Assembly (NCBI GenBank): GCA_964354495.1
Contig: CAYHAA010000008.1
Coordinates: 90,177 to 122,176, forward strand
Source: an uncultured archaeon
Lineage (GTDB): Archaea > Asgardarchaeota > Thorarchaeia > Thorarchaeales > Thorarchaeaceae
Reading direction: 5' to 3'
Length of the DNA stretch: 32,000 nt
Shown piece by piece: positions 1 through 8,686 of the stretch. The notes under the pieces are model-generated. The model searched no databases, was not told the DNA's origin, and saw nothing but the letters and a program-made list of their open reading frames with translations. A program made the position numbers and the translations under genes. Each line of letters starts with the position of its first letter. Positions within the stretch are counted from its first letter, which is position 1.

Positions 1-2
1 AT

Positions 3-173
3 ACGCTTGCTGAGGGCGCAGGAGCCGCACCATTGGCGGCAGCGTACAAGATTCGAGAACGCCTCAAAGGGAAGAAGATTGGACTTGTATGCTCAGGAGG
101 CAATCTATCGCTGGCAAAATTGCAGGAGGCACTCGATTTCACTATCAATAGACAGACACATCATTCGTCCTAG
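3..173 (+). CDS. 3' end of a PLP-dependent threonine/serine dehydratase (gene runs off the left edge; absent from the ORF track)
   Basis: The frame starting at nt 3 reads TLAEGAGAAPLAAAYKIRERLKGKKIGLVCSGGNLSL... to TAG at 171-173. The E-x-A-G-A-A and SGGN motifs are the C-terminal signature of the IlvA/TdcB fold-type II family. Confidence 0.85.
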   Translation, partial: TLAEGAGAAPLAAAYKIRERLKGKKIGLVCSGGNLSLAKLQEALDFTINRQTHHSS

Positions 174-270
174 GACGAGTGAGCAAGAAAGGAAAAACTC
201 TCTTGCTGCATTCCTTGTGCTCCCTCTATTTCTCTAGCCCGTTCGATTCATACTCCTTTAGGAAGAAGAA

Positions 271-1809
271 CTACCAATTATTGATCAGTGGGATTCTTGC
301 ATCTGTCGTCAATATCAGGCCTAGCTCTTTCAGAGCCTTCTCACATCCTTGTCCGACAAGATGAGTGCTGTGCATATCACACCCGTGAAGGTTTGGCAAC
401 ACAGTGATGCATTCTGCAGCATTTGGATTGAAGACTCCACTTACAGCAAGAGCATCAAGTACCTCCTTGACATCGAGACTGATATCAACTGTGCCCATCT
501 GTTTCTTGAGTTTCATGATACTCTCTATGATGATTGGTGATAGAACATCGATGTCATCTGGAATGCCCGCTAGGAATTTCACTGCGTTCAGGAGTGCAGC
601 GGACTCTGACATGAGAATCTTTGACCGTTTCCCGGTGAGAATGACAGGGGCGTCATCGGTGGGGTATATCTCGATGGCAGCTCCAGTATGCATCTCATTT
701 AGTGCGCTCTTTGATTTCTTCGAGCTCTCTTCTAGAGCCTTATTCGCTTGAATTGCCACGATACGATCTTCAGGTTTAGCTTGTACGCGCTGCATAATCT
801 TGTCCATACGCTCAAGCGTGTCATTGGCGACATTTCCCTCAACAAAGTCCCTGTGGTACTGGTAGTACCTTCGGACAATCTCATCAATACTCGCCTGTTG
901 CACCACACTGTCATCGATTATCCCCTCTTTGGCCATATTGACTCCCAAGTCTGTTGGGCTCCTGATTTCTGCCAAGGGGTCTCCAGCAGGAGTGATCTTC
1001 TCGATGATCTTCCTTATGATGGAGAAGTTCTCCACATCCCTATTATAGTTGGTCGCATCAACACCGCAGGCCTCCTTATGGAAGGGATCAATACAGTTGT
1101 AGTCACCGATATCCGCAGTGGCTGCTTCGTATGCGATATTCACGGGATGATTCAGAGGTAGGTTCCATATCGGAAAGGTTTCGAACTTTGCAAAATTGCT
1201 CATGATGCCAGCTTTTCTGTCATGATAGATCTGACCCATGGCGAAGCTCATCTTTCCGCTTCCAGGTCCTGGCGCCGTGACAATGACAATCTTCCTGTCA
1301 GTTTCCACATAGTGTAGCTTCCCATAGCCCTCTTCACTGACCACTTTGTTCGGGTCTGTGTGATAGTCAGGTATCTCAATGTTAGTGATTACTCTGACGC
1401 CTCTATTTGCAAGGCGCTGCCTGAACTTGTCAGATGTCTGCTCTCCGCCATACCTACTGATCACAACAGCAGATACATCCAATTCCAGTTGTTTCAGGTC
1501 GCCTATGTCCCTGAGAATCTGGTCCTCATACGTTAGACCGAAGTCACGCCGTATCTTTCGTCGTTCAATGTCCTTCGCACTGATGCAGTGGATGATCTCG
1601 ATGTTTTTGCCCAGCTTCTTGAGCATCCGAACCTTTGTATCGAGCTCATAACCAGGCAGCACTCTTGATGCATGATGGTCGAATCTGAGCTTTCCTCCGA
1701 ACTCAAGGTAGAGCTTGTCAAATCGGTTCACCCTGTCCATGATGCGCTGTATCTGAGCAGAGAGGTATCTTGAGGTATCAAAACCCTTCTTTCTAATCAT
1801 GAGTATCAC
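271..1809 (-). CDS. DUF1846 (UPF0371) family P-loop protein
   Basis: 512-aa ORF with LYLEFGGKL, P-loop-like TAPGPGSGKMS, AKFETFPIWNLPLNHPVNIAYEAATAD, NYNRDVE and SPTDLGVNM, all typical of DUF1846. Start is GTG 1809 or ATG 1800. Confidence 0.88.
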   Translation of the reverse strand: MILMIRKKGFDTSRYLSAQIQRIMDRVNRFDKLYLEFGGKLRFDHHASRVLPGYELDTKVRMLKKLGKNIEIIHCISAKDIERRKIRRDFGLTYEDQILRDIGDLKQLELDVSAVVISRYGGEQTSDKFRQRLANRGVRVITNIEIPDYHTDPNKVVSEEGYGKLHYVETDRKIVIVTAPGPGSGKMSFAMGQIYHDRKAGIMSNFAKFETFPIWNLPLNHPVNIAYEAATADIGDYNCIDPFHKEACGVDATNYNRDVENFSIIRKIIEKITPAGDPLAEIRSPTDLGVNMAKEGIIDDSVVQQASIDEIVRRYYQYHRDFVEGNVANDTLERMDKIMQRVQAKPEDRIVAIQANKALEESSKKSKSALNEMHTGAAIEIYPTDDAPVILTGKRSKILMSESAALLNAVKFLAGIPDDIDVLSPIIIESIMKLKKQMGTVDISLDVKEVLDALAVSGVFNPNAAECITVLPNLHGCDMHSTHLVGQGCEKALKELGLILTTDARIPLINNW

Positions 1810-1870
1810 TCAGAGCTGCTGTTGGCGTACTGAAAACCAAAGCAATGTCCGTGACTGCTGTCACTCCCTC

Positions 1871-1877
1871 TATAAAA
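1871..1877. promoter_or_regulatory. Candidate archaeal TATA box in the divergent DUF1846/flavodoxin spacer
   Basis: TATAAAA (TTTTATA on minus) about 60-70 nt from both divergent starts. Position and sequence only. Confidence 0.35.
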
Positions 1878-1945
1878 CCTTCGAACGGTGAAGGAAATAC
1901 ATTTGTAGAATGGAGTCATTCTAGAGTGCAATGGAATGAGTCATC

Positions 1946-2506
1946 ATGAAGACACTGATAGCATATGGGACACGATACGGAGCAACAGCCGGCACTGCTG
2001 AAGAGATCTCTAAAGTACTTCAGGAACAAGGACACGATGTCCGAGTAGTTGATGTGAAGAAGGACAAGATCAAGAGCATATCCGAATACGAACTAGTCAT
2101 CATAGGAAGTGGTATGAGGATCTTCAGGTGGGTCGGTGAAGCTGAGGAATTCATCAAGAAGTTTCAAGACGAACTAAGACAGAAGAAGACCGCGATATTT
2201 GTGTCGTCGGGCGCACAGGCGATTCACAAGCATGACAATGACACTGAATCGATGAATACCGCTTGGACGAAGTACCTTGACGAGAAGGCAGAGAAGTTCT
2301 CCCTTCGACCAATCATGATGGCAATCTTTGGCGGTGTCTGGGACTACAACAAGATGGGCTTTCCCTTCAAGAAGACCATGATGGCATTTCAGGAGAAGCT
2401 CAGAGAGGTTGGCATCGAAGAGACACATCCCGGTGTATATGACACGCGTGACTGGGAAGAGATCAGAAGCTGGGCAAGGGAGCTAGCGCAAAAAGCAAGC
2501 GGATGA
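1946..2506 (+). CDS. Flavodoxin-domain protein (HemG/Flavodoxin_5-like)
   Basis: N-terminal FMN-binding loop AYGTRYGATAGTAEEI, VIIGSG, and C-terminal DTRDWEEIRSWA typical of this family. Confidence 0.88.
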   Translation: MKTLIAYGTRYGATAGTAEEISKVLQEQGHDVRVVDVKKDKIKSISEYELVIIGSGMRIFRWVGEAEEFIKKFQDELRQKKTAIFVSSGAQAIHKHDNDTESMNTAWTKYLDEKAEKFSLRPIMMAIFGGVWDYNKMGFPFKKTMMAFQEKLREVGIEETHPGVYDTRDWEEIRSWARELAQKASG

Positions 2507-2601
2507 TCTTGGCTCATCCTGTGGCAGTTTCGTTGCGGGAGTCCGTAAGTCAGATATCTTTATCCTCTCCCTTGGGCAACGGTTTGGTGAGGTGCATTGA
2601 G

Positions 2602-3504
2602 TTGACAAGAGGACTAGTCTGCGTTGAGATCTATCTCCTCGCCGATGCAAATGTGCAGCTTGAAGAGGTCCTTGGAGAGGCTGGCTTCGCTGCGCTGGTC
2701 AGCGCGACGTACGACGATTCGAGTGAATTCCAGTTCCTCTTTGACACGGGTTATGGAACTCCCGCCTTAGAATATAATGCTTGTATCATGAAGAAATCTC
2801 ACAAACGAGACCTGTCCTCTATTGAGTTAATCATACTCAGTCATGGACATTGCGACCATGTGGCTGGAGTGCTGAAAGTCCTTTCACTGATCAAGAAACG
2901 AGTGCCTGTTCTATGTCATCCCGATGCGCTGCTGCACAAGATATTCACCTCTGATGATGGAAAGAAACACGAAGTCGGGATTCACGAGTACTATAGTGAC
3001 TCTGAACTCAGAAGCAGTGCTAGGGTCATTACAACCCAAAGACCCTATCACATTGCCGATGGTATCATGACTACAGGGGTTGTGCGGAGAACAAACGACT
3101 TTGAAGAAATCTCGGGCGAACTACGGAAGATTGTGACAGTAAGAAACGGAAAGGAAACACCTGACCTCATCGAGGACGACCTCTCGGTCATCTTTCACCT
3201 GAAGGATGGTTCAATTGTGATTCTTACAGGGTGTTGCCACTCTGGCATTGTGAACACAGTCAACCATGCGCTCTCGCTCACTGGTTCTTCATCTGTAGTC
3301 GGAATCGTGGGAGGCCTTCATCTTCATGATGCGTCAAGTGAGAGATTGAACAGCACTATTGAACATCTACGCAAATATCCCCTCTCCGTTCTTGGAGCCT
3401 GTCACTGTACAGGGCTGAGAGGCCGTGCTGCTCTCATGTACGCCTTCGAAGACTCCTTCAAGGAAGTGAGCGCAGGATCTCTGTTGAAGTTCCAGTCAAA
3501 ATAG
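2602..3504 (+). CDS. MBL-fold metallo-hydrolase (archaeal dihydropterin-ribofuranosyl-aminobenzene phosphate synthase-like family)
   Basis: Motifs LFDTG, SHGHCDHVAG (HxHxDH), EDDLS, TGCCHSG, GGLHL, HCTG. Start moved from 2503 to in-frame TTG 2602, which follows an SD-like GGTGAGGTG and precedes the first conserved strand (VEIYLLAD). Confidence 0.8.
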   Translation: MTRGLVCVEIYLLADANVQLEEVLGEAGFAALVSATYDDSSEFQFLFDTGYGTPALEYNACIMKKSHKRDLSSIELIILSHGHCDHVAGVLKVLSLIKKRVPVLCHPDALLHKIFTSDDGKKHEVGIHEYYSDSELRSSARVITTQRPYHIADGIMTTGVVRRTNDFEEISGELRKIVTVRNGKETPDLIEDDLSVIFHLKDGSIVILTGCCHSGIVNTVNHALSLTGSSSVVGIVGGLHLHDASSERLNSTIEHLRKYPLSVLGACHCTGLRGRAALMYAFEDSFKEVSAGSLLKFQSK

Positions 3505-3576
3505 ATTGCTGGAATCGCCGCAGCCTCTTTCCGATGTCAGGATGACCACAATGTTCTATCTCTCTATCGAAGACTC

Positions 3577-5160
3577 CTACGAATGCATACCAAGCCCAAG
3601 TAGCATCTTGCATGTCTTGACTTGATTCTCTATGACCTTCGCCCTATGCAGGTTGTCAAAGAATACCTTGATGTGAGAGGTATAATTGTCCGACCTCTTG
3701 CCGCCATACTCTCCGAATATGTGCCCAGTATTCTCTAGGTCAACAACTCCATAGAGCAGCGAGAGCGACACTATGAGGTCAACGAGGCCCCTATCTGTTG
3801 TTTCCACCACCTGAGGAATCTCATTTGGCGGCTCAAGAATGAAGCACCCTACATTCCCTGCGTTTCTACAGTGGTCTTCCATCTGCAGGTCGGAAGAGAG
3901 CAGGGTGACAGTTGCCTGTTTATCTCTCGCAAACTCGCTTAGCGATTTCACAATGACTCTGTCTGCCTCTTCGGAATCATGAGGAAGTGGTTCGCACTTG
4001 GCTCTGTCATGAGTCGGCTGCTGCACGAGGAGGTGAAACTGAGAGCTAGCCATCTTGGCAATCCTTGTCTCAAGCGTGTTCCGATTGTGAAACTCGTCGA
4101 AGAAACGCCTCTTGTCAGGACCACTCATGGCTTTCACCGAGCCAATCCAGTCCTGTCCGTATTTGTCTGACACATTCCGGTCTATCTCTTGCACGACCCC
4201 TTCAGATGTGACGAAGAGAAGTTCTCCTCTGCGAATCTGATTGGCCGCCATCAAAGACTCAAGACATGACACAAATCCACTGTAAAACAGGTTTGAGTCT
4301 AATGAGATGTACCATCGCCCCGAAGCGTGTCTGGGGTCGCTCTGTCTCTTGTATCCCTCGACGAAGAACTTGCGGAACTCATCGCCTGATCTGTAGTCAA
4401 TGAGCCCCGCGTAGCAGAGTGAGGCACGTAGTTGTGAGTAACTAGGGTGGTCCCAACCTGTTTCACCACATTCTCTCAGGTCCTCGGAGTACTTTGCTCT
4501 GTCAGTCAGCATGTGGGCTTGTTTCTTAGATAGGTCCAGCTCCATGAGATCCATCTCCATGAGCGGATTCCTGACTTTCAGTCTGACATGCTCATTGTAC
4601 CCATAGTTCAGGACGACTGTTAAGAATTCCTTTGACATCTCCAGTCCTTGCCATCTGGTATCAGTCACACGGATTATGTCTTTTCTGCACTCTATGTTCT
4701 GAGCCAGGTCTCTCAGGAGCTGAATCCTCTTGGGTATCATGAGATAGGGCTTCGCGGCGTCCTCTGTGGACTCGATGGTCAAATAGTAGATGTGCTTGAG
4801 AAACTTGCCTGAGAATCCTAATAGACTACCTGCGACCAGTGCCTTTCTGCCACCAGTGATGTTCAATGCGACTTCGGAGCCGCTATCTTTGAGACTCTGG
4901 ATGATACGCTCTATCTCGTCCCGTGTTGCGCGCATATCGAAGTTGGGAACCCTGACCTTCTCTATGTTCCGCTCGCCATACTCCTCTTGGATTGTCTTCA
5001 TGCCCTCAACAACAGGATTGATATCACTCTCATACTGAGCCTCGTACAGGAGGATGATTCTGTCAGGTCTGAAGTCTGTTTCAAGCATGACTGCATGGTA
5101 GGAATTCACGACCCCCCAGCCGCTTCTGCCCATGAGTGTTACGAAGACCTGTTCCGTCAA
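3577..5160 (-). CDS. CARF domain fused to a PIN-type nuclease domain
   Basis: N-terminal ~155 aa Rossmann-like with VTLMGRS...PDRIILL and the CARF motif NITGGRK. C-terminal half has the PIN acidic tetrad pattern: ISLDSN (D), VVQEI (E), EADRVI (D), LSSD (D). TTG start with GGAGGAG upstream. Confidence 0.75.
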   Translation of the reverse strand: MTEQVFVTLMGRSGWGVVNSYHAVMLETDFRPDRIILLYEAQYESDINPVVEGMKTIQEEYGERNIEKVRVPNFDMRATRDEIERIIQSLKDSGSEVALNITGGRKALVAGSLLGFSGKFLKHIYYLTIESTEDAAKPYLMIPKRIQLLRDLAQNIECRKDIIRVTDTRWQGLEMSKEFLTVVLNYGYNEHVRLKVRNPLMEMDLMELDLSKKQAHMLTDRAKYSEDLRECGETGWDHPSYSQLRASLCYAGLIDYRSGDEFRKFFVEGYKRQSDPRHASGRWYISLDSNLFYSGFVSCLESLMAANQIRRGELLFVTSEGVVQEIDRNVSDKYGQDWIGSVKAMSGPDKRRFFDEFHNRNTLETRIAKMASSQFHLLVQQPTHDRAKCEPLPHDSEEADRVIVKSLSEFARDKQATVTLLSSDLQMEDHCRNAGNVGCFILEPPNEIPQVVETTDRGLVDLIVSLSLLYGVVDLENTGHIFGEYGGKRSDNYTSHIKVFFDNLHRAKVIENQVKTCKMLLGLGMHS

Positions 5161-5229
5161 GTCTCAATCTCCTCCAAATTCTTGGTAGGATTCCCAAAGC
5201 GTGTACTTGCAGAGGCTGACAACATCAGT

Positions 5230-6732
5230 CTATATCTCCAGAACGTCATCTCTCTTCATGACCATGACTTTTCGATGCCACTCTTTGAACATCTCGGGAT
5301 GTTCTGTGTGCATCGGTATCACTATCTCTGGTTTCACTCTCTCAATCAGATCTTTCAACTCACGCCCTGAGAGATGCCCTGAGCAGTGCTTCATCGCAGG
5401 TTCTCCAAGACCAAAGTGTTTCAACCATCTCTTGACCCGCTCGAGTTCTATCGCGCCCTCTTCGTCATAGGGTTCTGAGGCCGACCAGATGAACTTGCTG
5501 CCCTGTTTTGGCTTGAGATCATGAAGGATGCCCAAATCGTAGAAGCTGCATGTCACAACATACTCCTTCTGCGCGCTCGCCACTTCCTGCGGCGTCACCA
5601 GGACAGAGTCTTGAAACACATACTCTCTCACAGGTTCCGGATAGCTGTAGGAGTAATCCCGCAATTGCGCCTCCTCGTCGTAATCTGAATTCGCCCAGAT
5701 TCCCCATGACTTTCGAGGGAGCAATACCTCGATGTTCTTCGAGTCAACTGCAGGAATGTCCTTCGTCTGCAGCATCTTCGAGAGAAAATAGGCCTGCTTG
5801 GGGCTGATCAGTAGTTTCCGTCCACTGGCACGAGCAGCGTTACTGATTGTAACCATCCGGCTGATATCTCGTTGGGCGTAGTTCACAAGGACCAACGCCT
5901 TGGAGTCCTCGATCGTATCTGCCATTTCTTTCTCAAGGTTCTTCTCGGTCATGCCAGGCGCATCTTCTGCACGAGTGCCCTCACAGAGGAGCACTCTCAA
6001 GTTGGAATCCTCAAGTGCAGACGCGAACTCCTTTGATGATGAAGCAAAGTACCCATGAAACCTGAGGTCTCCTGTGTATGCGACAGCACCGCAGTCTGTG
6101 TTCAGAATATAAGCGTCCGCCCCTGGCAGGCTATGGTCGACCTGATACGCTGTCGCCTCGATGTTGCCGACTTTGAAAGACCTCTTGCGCTGCGTCTTGA
6201 CAAAGGGACGTTCGATCTTTTCATCTTCAACATCTGTCTTGGTCGCTCTCTTCAGACCCCCGCCCCTCTGTCGGGACGTCATCTTGAAGGACGGGTACCA
6301 GGTGCAAAACTCCTGTTCATCGCCCGTTATTGTTTCCTGCAGGTACTTCATGATGATCCATGTTGTTTCAGAGCCGACCAGCGTAATATCTGGTCGCAGA
6401 TATGGAACCATGCCGACATGGTCCATATGCGCATGGCTGATCAGGACTGCCTCAACGCTCTTCTTCTTACTAGACGCTAGGGCGGGATTAGATGAGTTCA
6501 TGTGTTCGAGATGGTCCTCACGGTAGATTCCCTTGACTGCAGGGAGAAGCCCGAATGAGATGTATTCCTCGATGATGGCGAAACCTCTAGCCCCAAGAAA
6601 CTCGTCGTAGTATTTTCTCTGTTGGCCAAAGCTGAGGCCGAAATCGAGGAAGACTCGCGTTCCGCCGTCCTCTATTAGAATCTTGTTTCCGCCAACCTCA
6701 TCGACTCCGCCATGAAATACGAACTTGGTCAT
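5230..6732 (-). CDS. MBL/beta-CASP ribonuclease, RNase J-like archaeal family
   Basis: FHGGVDEVGGNK, FLDFG, SHAHMDH, VDHS, YTGDLRFHG, LCEGT, HCSGH, PMHTEH form a full MBL plus beta-CASP motif set. True start is most likely ATG 6732 (codon 42 of the tracked ORF). Confidence 0.85.
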   Translation of the reverse strand: MTKFVFHGGVDEVGGNKILIEDGGTRVFLDFGLSFGQQRKYYDEFLGARGFAIIEEYISFGLLPAVKGIYREDHLEHMNSSNPALASSKKKSVEAVLISHAHMDHVGMVPYLRPDITLVGSETTWIIMKYLQETITGDEQEFCTWYPSFKMTSRQRGGGLKRATKTDVEDEKIERPFVKTQRKRSFKVGNIEATAYQVDHSLPGADAYILNTDCGAVAYTGDLRFHGYFASSSKEFASALEDSNLRVLLCEGTRAEDAPGMTEKNLEKEMADTIEDSKALVLVNYAQRDISRMVTISNAARASGRKLLISPKQAYFLSKMLQTKDIPAVDSKNIEVLLPRKSWGIWANSDYDEEAQLRDYSYSYPEPVREYVFQDSVLVTPQEVASAQKEYVVTCSFYDLGILHDLKPKQGSKFIWSASEPYDEEGAIELERVKRWLKHFGLGEPAMKHCSGHLSGRELKDLIERVKPEIVIPMHTEHPEMFKEWHRKVMVMKRDDVLEI

Positions 6733-6784
6733 ACTGCAAAGACCACTCTCCAACCAAGAGTGACATACAAGACCGTGACCTCCC

Positions 6785-6791
6785 ATATAAG
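6785..6791 (-). promoter_or_regulatory. Candidate TATA box for the beta-CASP / CARF-PIN pair
   Basis: CTTATAT on the minus strand, 53 nt upstream of ATG 6732, in the 145-nt gap after surE. Confidence 0.35.
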
Positions 6792-6877
6792 AAGTTCTGG
6801 TCGAACAAGACCGCTCTGTAGGAGAGACCTCATATGTGTCCGAAGGACTGCACATGCCCTCACGTCTATCGTTCGAG

Positions 6878-7672
6878 TCAGAGCAGGTCCTTGAGGAAGA
6901 GTCGCGTACGTTCAGTGTGCTCGGTCATGACGCTCCGAATGACGATAGGGGAGACAGTGATGTTACCGTTTCGAGAAACCTCCCTGGCATCATGACTTTC
7001 ATCCGAGAACTTCTCCCCGCCACGAATCCAGTAGCATGGCTTTTCGTAGGGATCAAGCCTTTTCTCTAGCTTGTTCCGTACAACAGCATTACTGGGTTCC
7101 ACGACCACCAGCCGACTCTGTCCTGAGTATGCCGCGGGGAAGTTCACGTTCAGGCCGTCAACACCAGAGGGCAGCCCCTGTTTCAGAACATGGCCTATGA
7201 GCCGGGCGCTCGTGTGGCATACATGTTCAACTCCCTCACTCACACCGGCTTCAGTGAACCAGTGGACCGGGTCCGCTAGGTAGGAGAGAGCGACACCTGG
7301 GTATCCCTGCAGGGCTGCTTCGAAGATGGCGCCGACTGTGCCGCTCGTGAGCATCCTGTGGTATCCGACATTTGCACCCGAGTTTATCCCTGAGACGAAC
7401 ATGTCGATTCTCTTGACCAATGAGAGGGCGATAATCACCGAGTCTGCAGGAAACCCGTCGTGGACTATCATGCGATAGCTGCCTGTATTCACGTCGCTCA
7501 CTATCCTGAGAGGCCGACCAAGCGACAGAGCCTTGCTGGCACCACTTCGCTGCTGGTTGGGGACCACCACAGTGAGGTCCATTTTGGGAGTCAGCGTTTC
7601 AGCTAGCCTAAGCAGGCCGATACTGCTTGGGCCATCATCATTTGTTAGGCAGACTGTAGGCATTGGTTCCAC
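6878..7672 (-). CDS. surE: 5'/3'-nucleotidase SurE
   Basis: LTNDDG, VVPNQQRSGAS, GFPAD, VSGINSGANVG, SGTVGA, LNVNFP are the canonical SurE motifs. Start is GTG 7672 or ATG 7663. Confidence 0.93.
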   Translation of the reverse strand: MEPMPTVCLTNDDGPSSIGLLRLAETLTPKMDLTVVVPNQQRSGASKALSLGRPLRIVSDVNTGSYRMIVHDGFPADSVIIALSLVKRIDMFVSGINSGANVGYHRMLTSGTVGAIFEAALQGYPGVALSYLADPVHWFTEAGVSEGVEHVCHTSARLIGHVLKQGLPSGVDGLNVNFPAAYSGQSRLVVVEPSNAVVRNKLEKRLDPYEKPCYWIRGGEKFSDESHDAREVSRNGNITVSPIVIRSVMTEHTERTRLFLKDLL

Positions 7673-7720
7673 CAGCTTCCTGTTCTCTGACTTCGCCTTA
7701 TGTGCTCGTCGATGATTGAT

Positions 7721-7960
7721 TCAGCAACCATGAATGCGTTCCAGAAGATATCCACCGAACGCCCCATAGGCGATCCAGTGGACGAATTTCCATCCCTGAC
7801 TTGTCATAGTATTCAGTGCATAGAGTGCCTTCTCCCAGTCCGGGCCTCGCATTCCAGAAGTCACCCTGATGAACACATATTTCCCTGTTATCTCCATGAA
7901 GTCTACAGTTTCCTTCACAAAGTCTTCAACATCAATCACATCTCTCATACTGAACACCAT
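7721..7960 (-). CDS. Small hypothetical protein (79 aa)
   Basis: Same strand as and 48 nt upstream of surE, with protein-like composition. No family recognised. Confidence 0.55.
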   Translation of the reverse strand: MVFSMRDVIDVEDFVKETVDFMEITGKYVFIRVTSGMRGPDWEKALYALNTMTSQGWKFVHWIAYGAFGGYLLERIHGC

Positions 7961-8051
7961 CGATTCTGGATGTTGCTCTCAACAAGAGACCGGAATATAT
8001 GTTGTTTCCCGAATTCAGTTTGAGCCAAAGAGAGGAAAAGAAATTCGGATG

Positions 8052-8107
8052 CCTCCTCAATCCCACTTGAACTACATCTGCGTCTCTTGGGGATACGGGA
8101 AAGATTC
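8052..8107 (+). repeat. Dispersed repeat copy A (CCTCCTC-N8-TTGAACTACATCTG... core)
   Basis: 8067-8107 TTGAACTACATCTGCGTCTCTTGGGGATACGGGAAAGATTC matches 27673-27713 at 36/41 positions in direct orientation. Confidence 0.85.
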
Positions 8108-8119
8108 ATGGAATACTCT

Positions 8120-8416
8120 ATGAGCAATAGAGGAAATATCTCTAGTAGGGAAGATCTGGTAGAAAAGACAGAGGGCAAAGTCGAGCTACACATAAGAAAG
8201 AGGATGGGTTTCTCTGGATTTGCGCTTGGAGTAGCACTCTAGTTCTTTCTGATAGCCATCAGCCCTCTATTCCCTTACATCCCTCTCATGGAATATGTTC
8301 TCTGGTTCCTATTTCCACGCTATCCGTTTCCATGGAACTATATCATGATCTTCGTCACTTCTCTCATTTGGGGTTCAATACTCTATTTCATCCCCTACAA
8401 CAAGTCTAAGTTTTGA
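8120..8416 (+). pseudogene. Small membrane protein (98 codons) interrupted by one in-frame TAG at codon 41
   Basis: ATG 8120 gives MSNRG...KRMGFSGFALGVAL, then TAG 8240-8242, then FFLIAISPLFPYIPLMEYVLWFLFPRYPFPWNYIMIFVTSLIWGSILYFIPYNKSKF to TGA 8414-8416. The hydrophobic helix runs straight through the stop. Confidence 0.6.
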
Positions 8417-8597
8417 TTACGAGATCATTAGTACGCACTGGGCCACGTACTCAACTTGGAGGGATAGGCTGCAATTTAGTGGCCAATTTGGCAGTAAACA
8501 AACAGGTCTCTCCAAAAAAGAAACACGGCCATTAAGCCAGAACGCTTATGACTCTCTTTTCCTAGCTGTTTCGGCATTCAAGTGGATGCAACAAGTC

Positions 8598-8621
8598 AAG
8601 GTGATGGAATTCCATCACCTT
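8598..8621. promoter_or_regulatory. Perfect 24-bp palindrome upstream of the giant surface-protein gene
   Basis: AAGGTGATGGAA|TTCCATCACCTT is exactly self-complementary and ends 65 nt before ATG 8687. The palindrome is certain; a regulatory role is inferred. Confidence 0.55.
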
Positions 8622-8686
8622 TGGTAGTGCATTATCACATATCATTTGTTTCTTGCGCATTCATTGTATAGGTTAGTGAGGGAGAG

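Noticed and set aside
2503-2601. N-terminal 33 codons of the tracked MBL ORF; similar extensions at 6733-6855, 16264-16335, 24536-24562, 25668-25706 and 27092-27127
   Set aside because: They precede the first conserved motif, and downstream starts have better SD or overlap context, so they were treated as ORF-caller over-extension.
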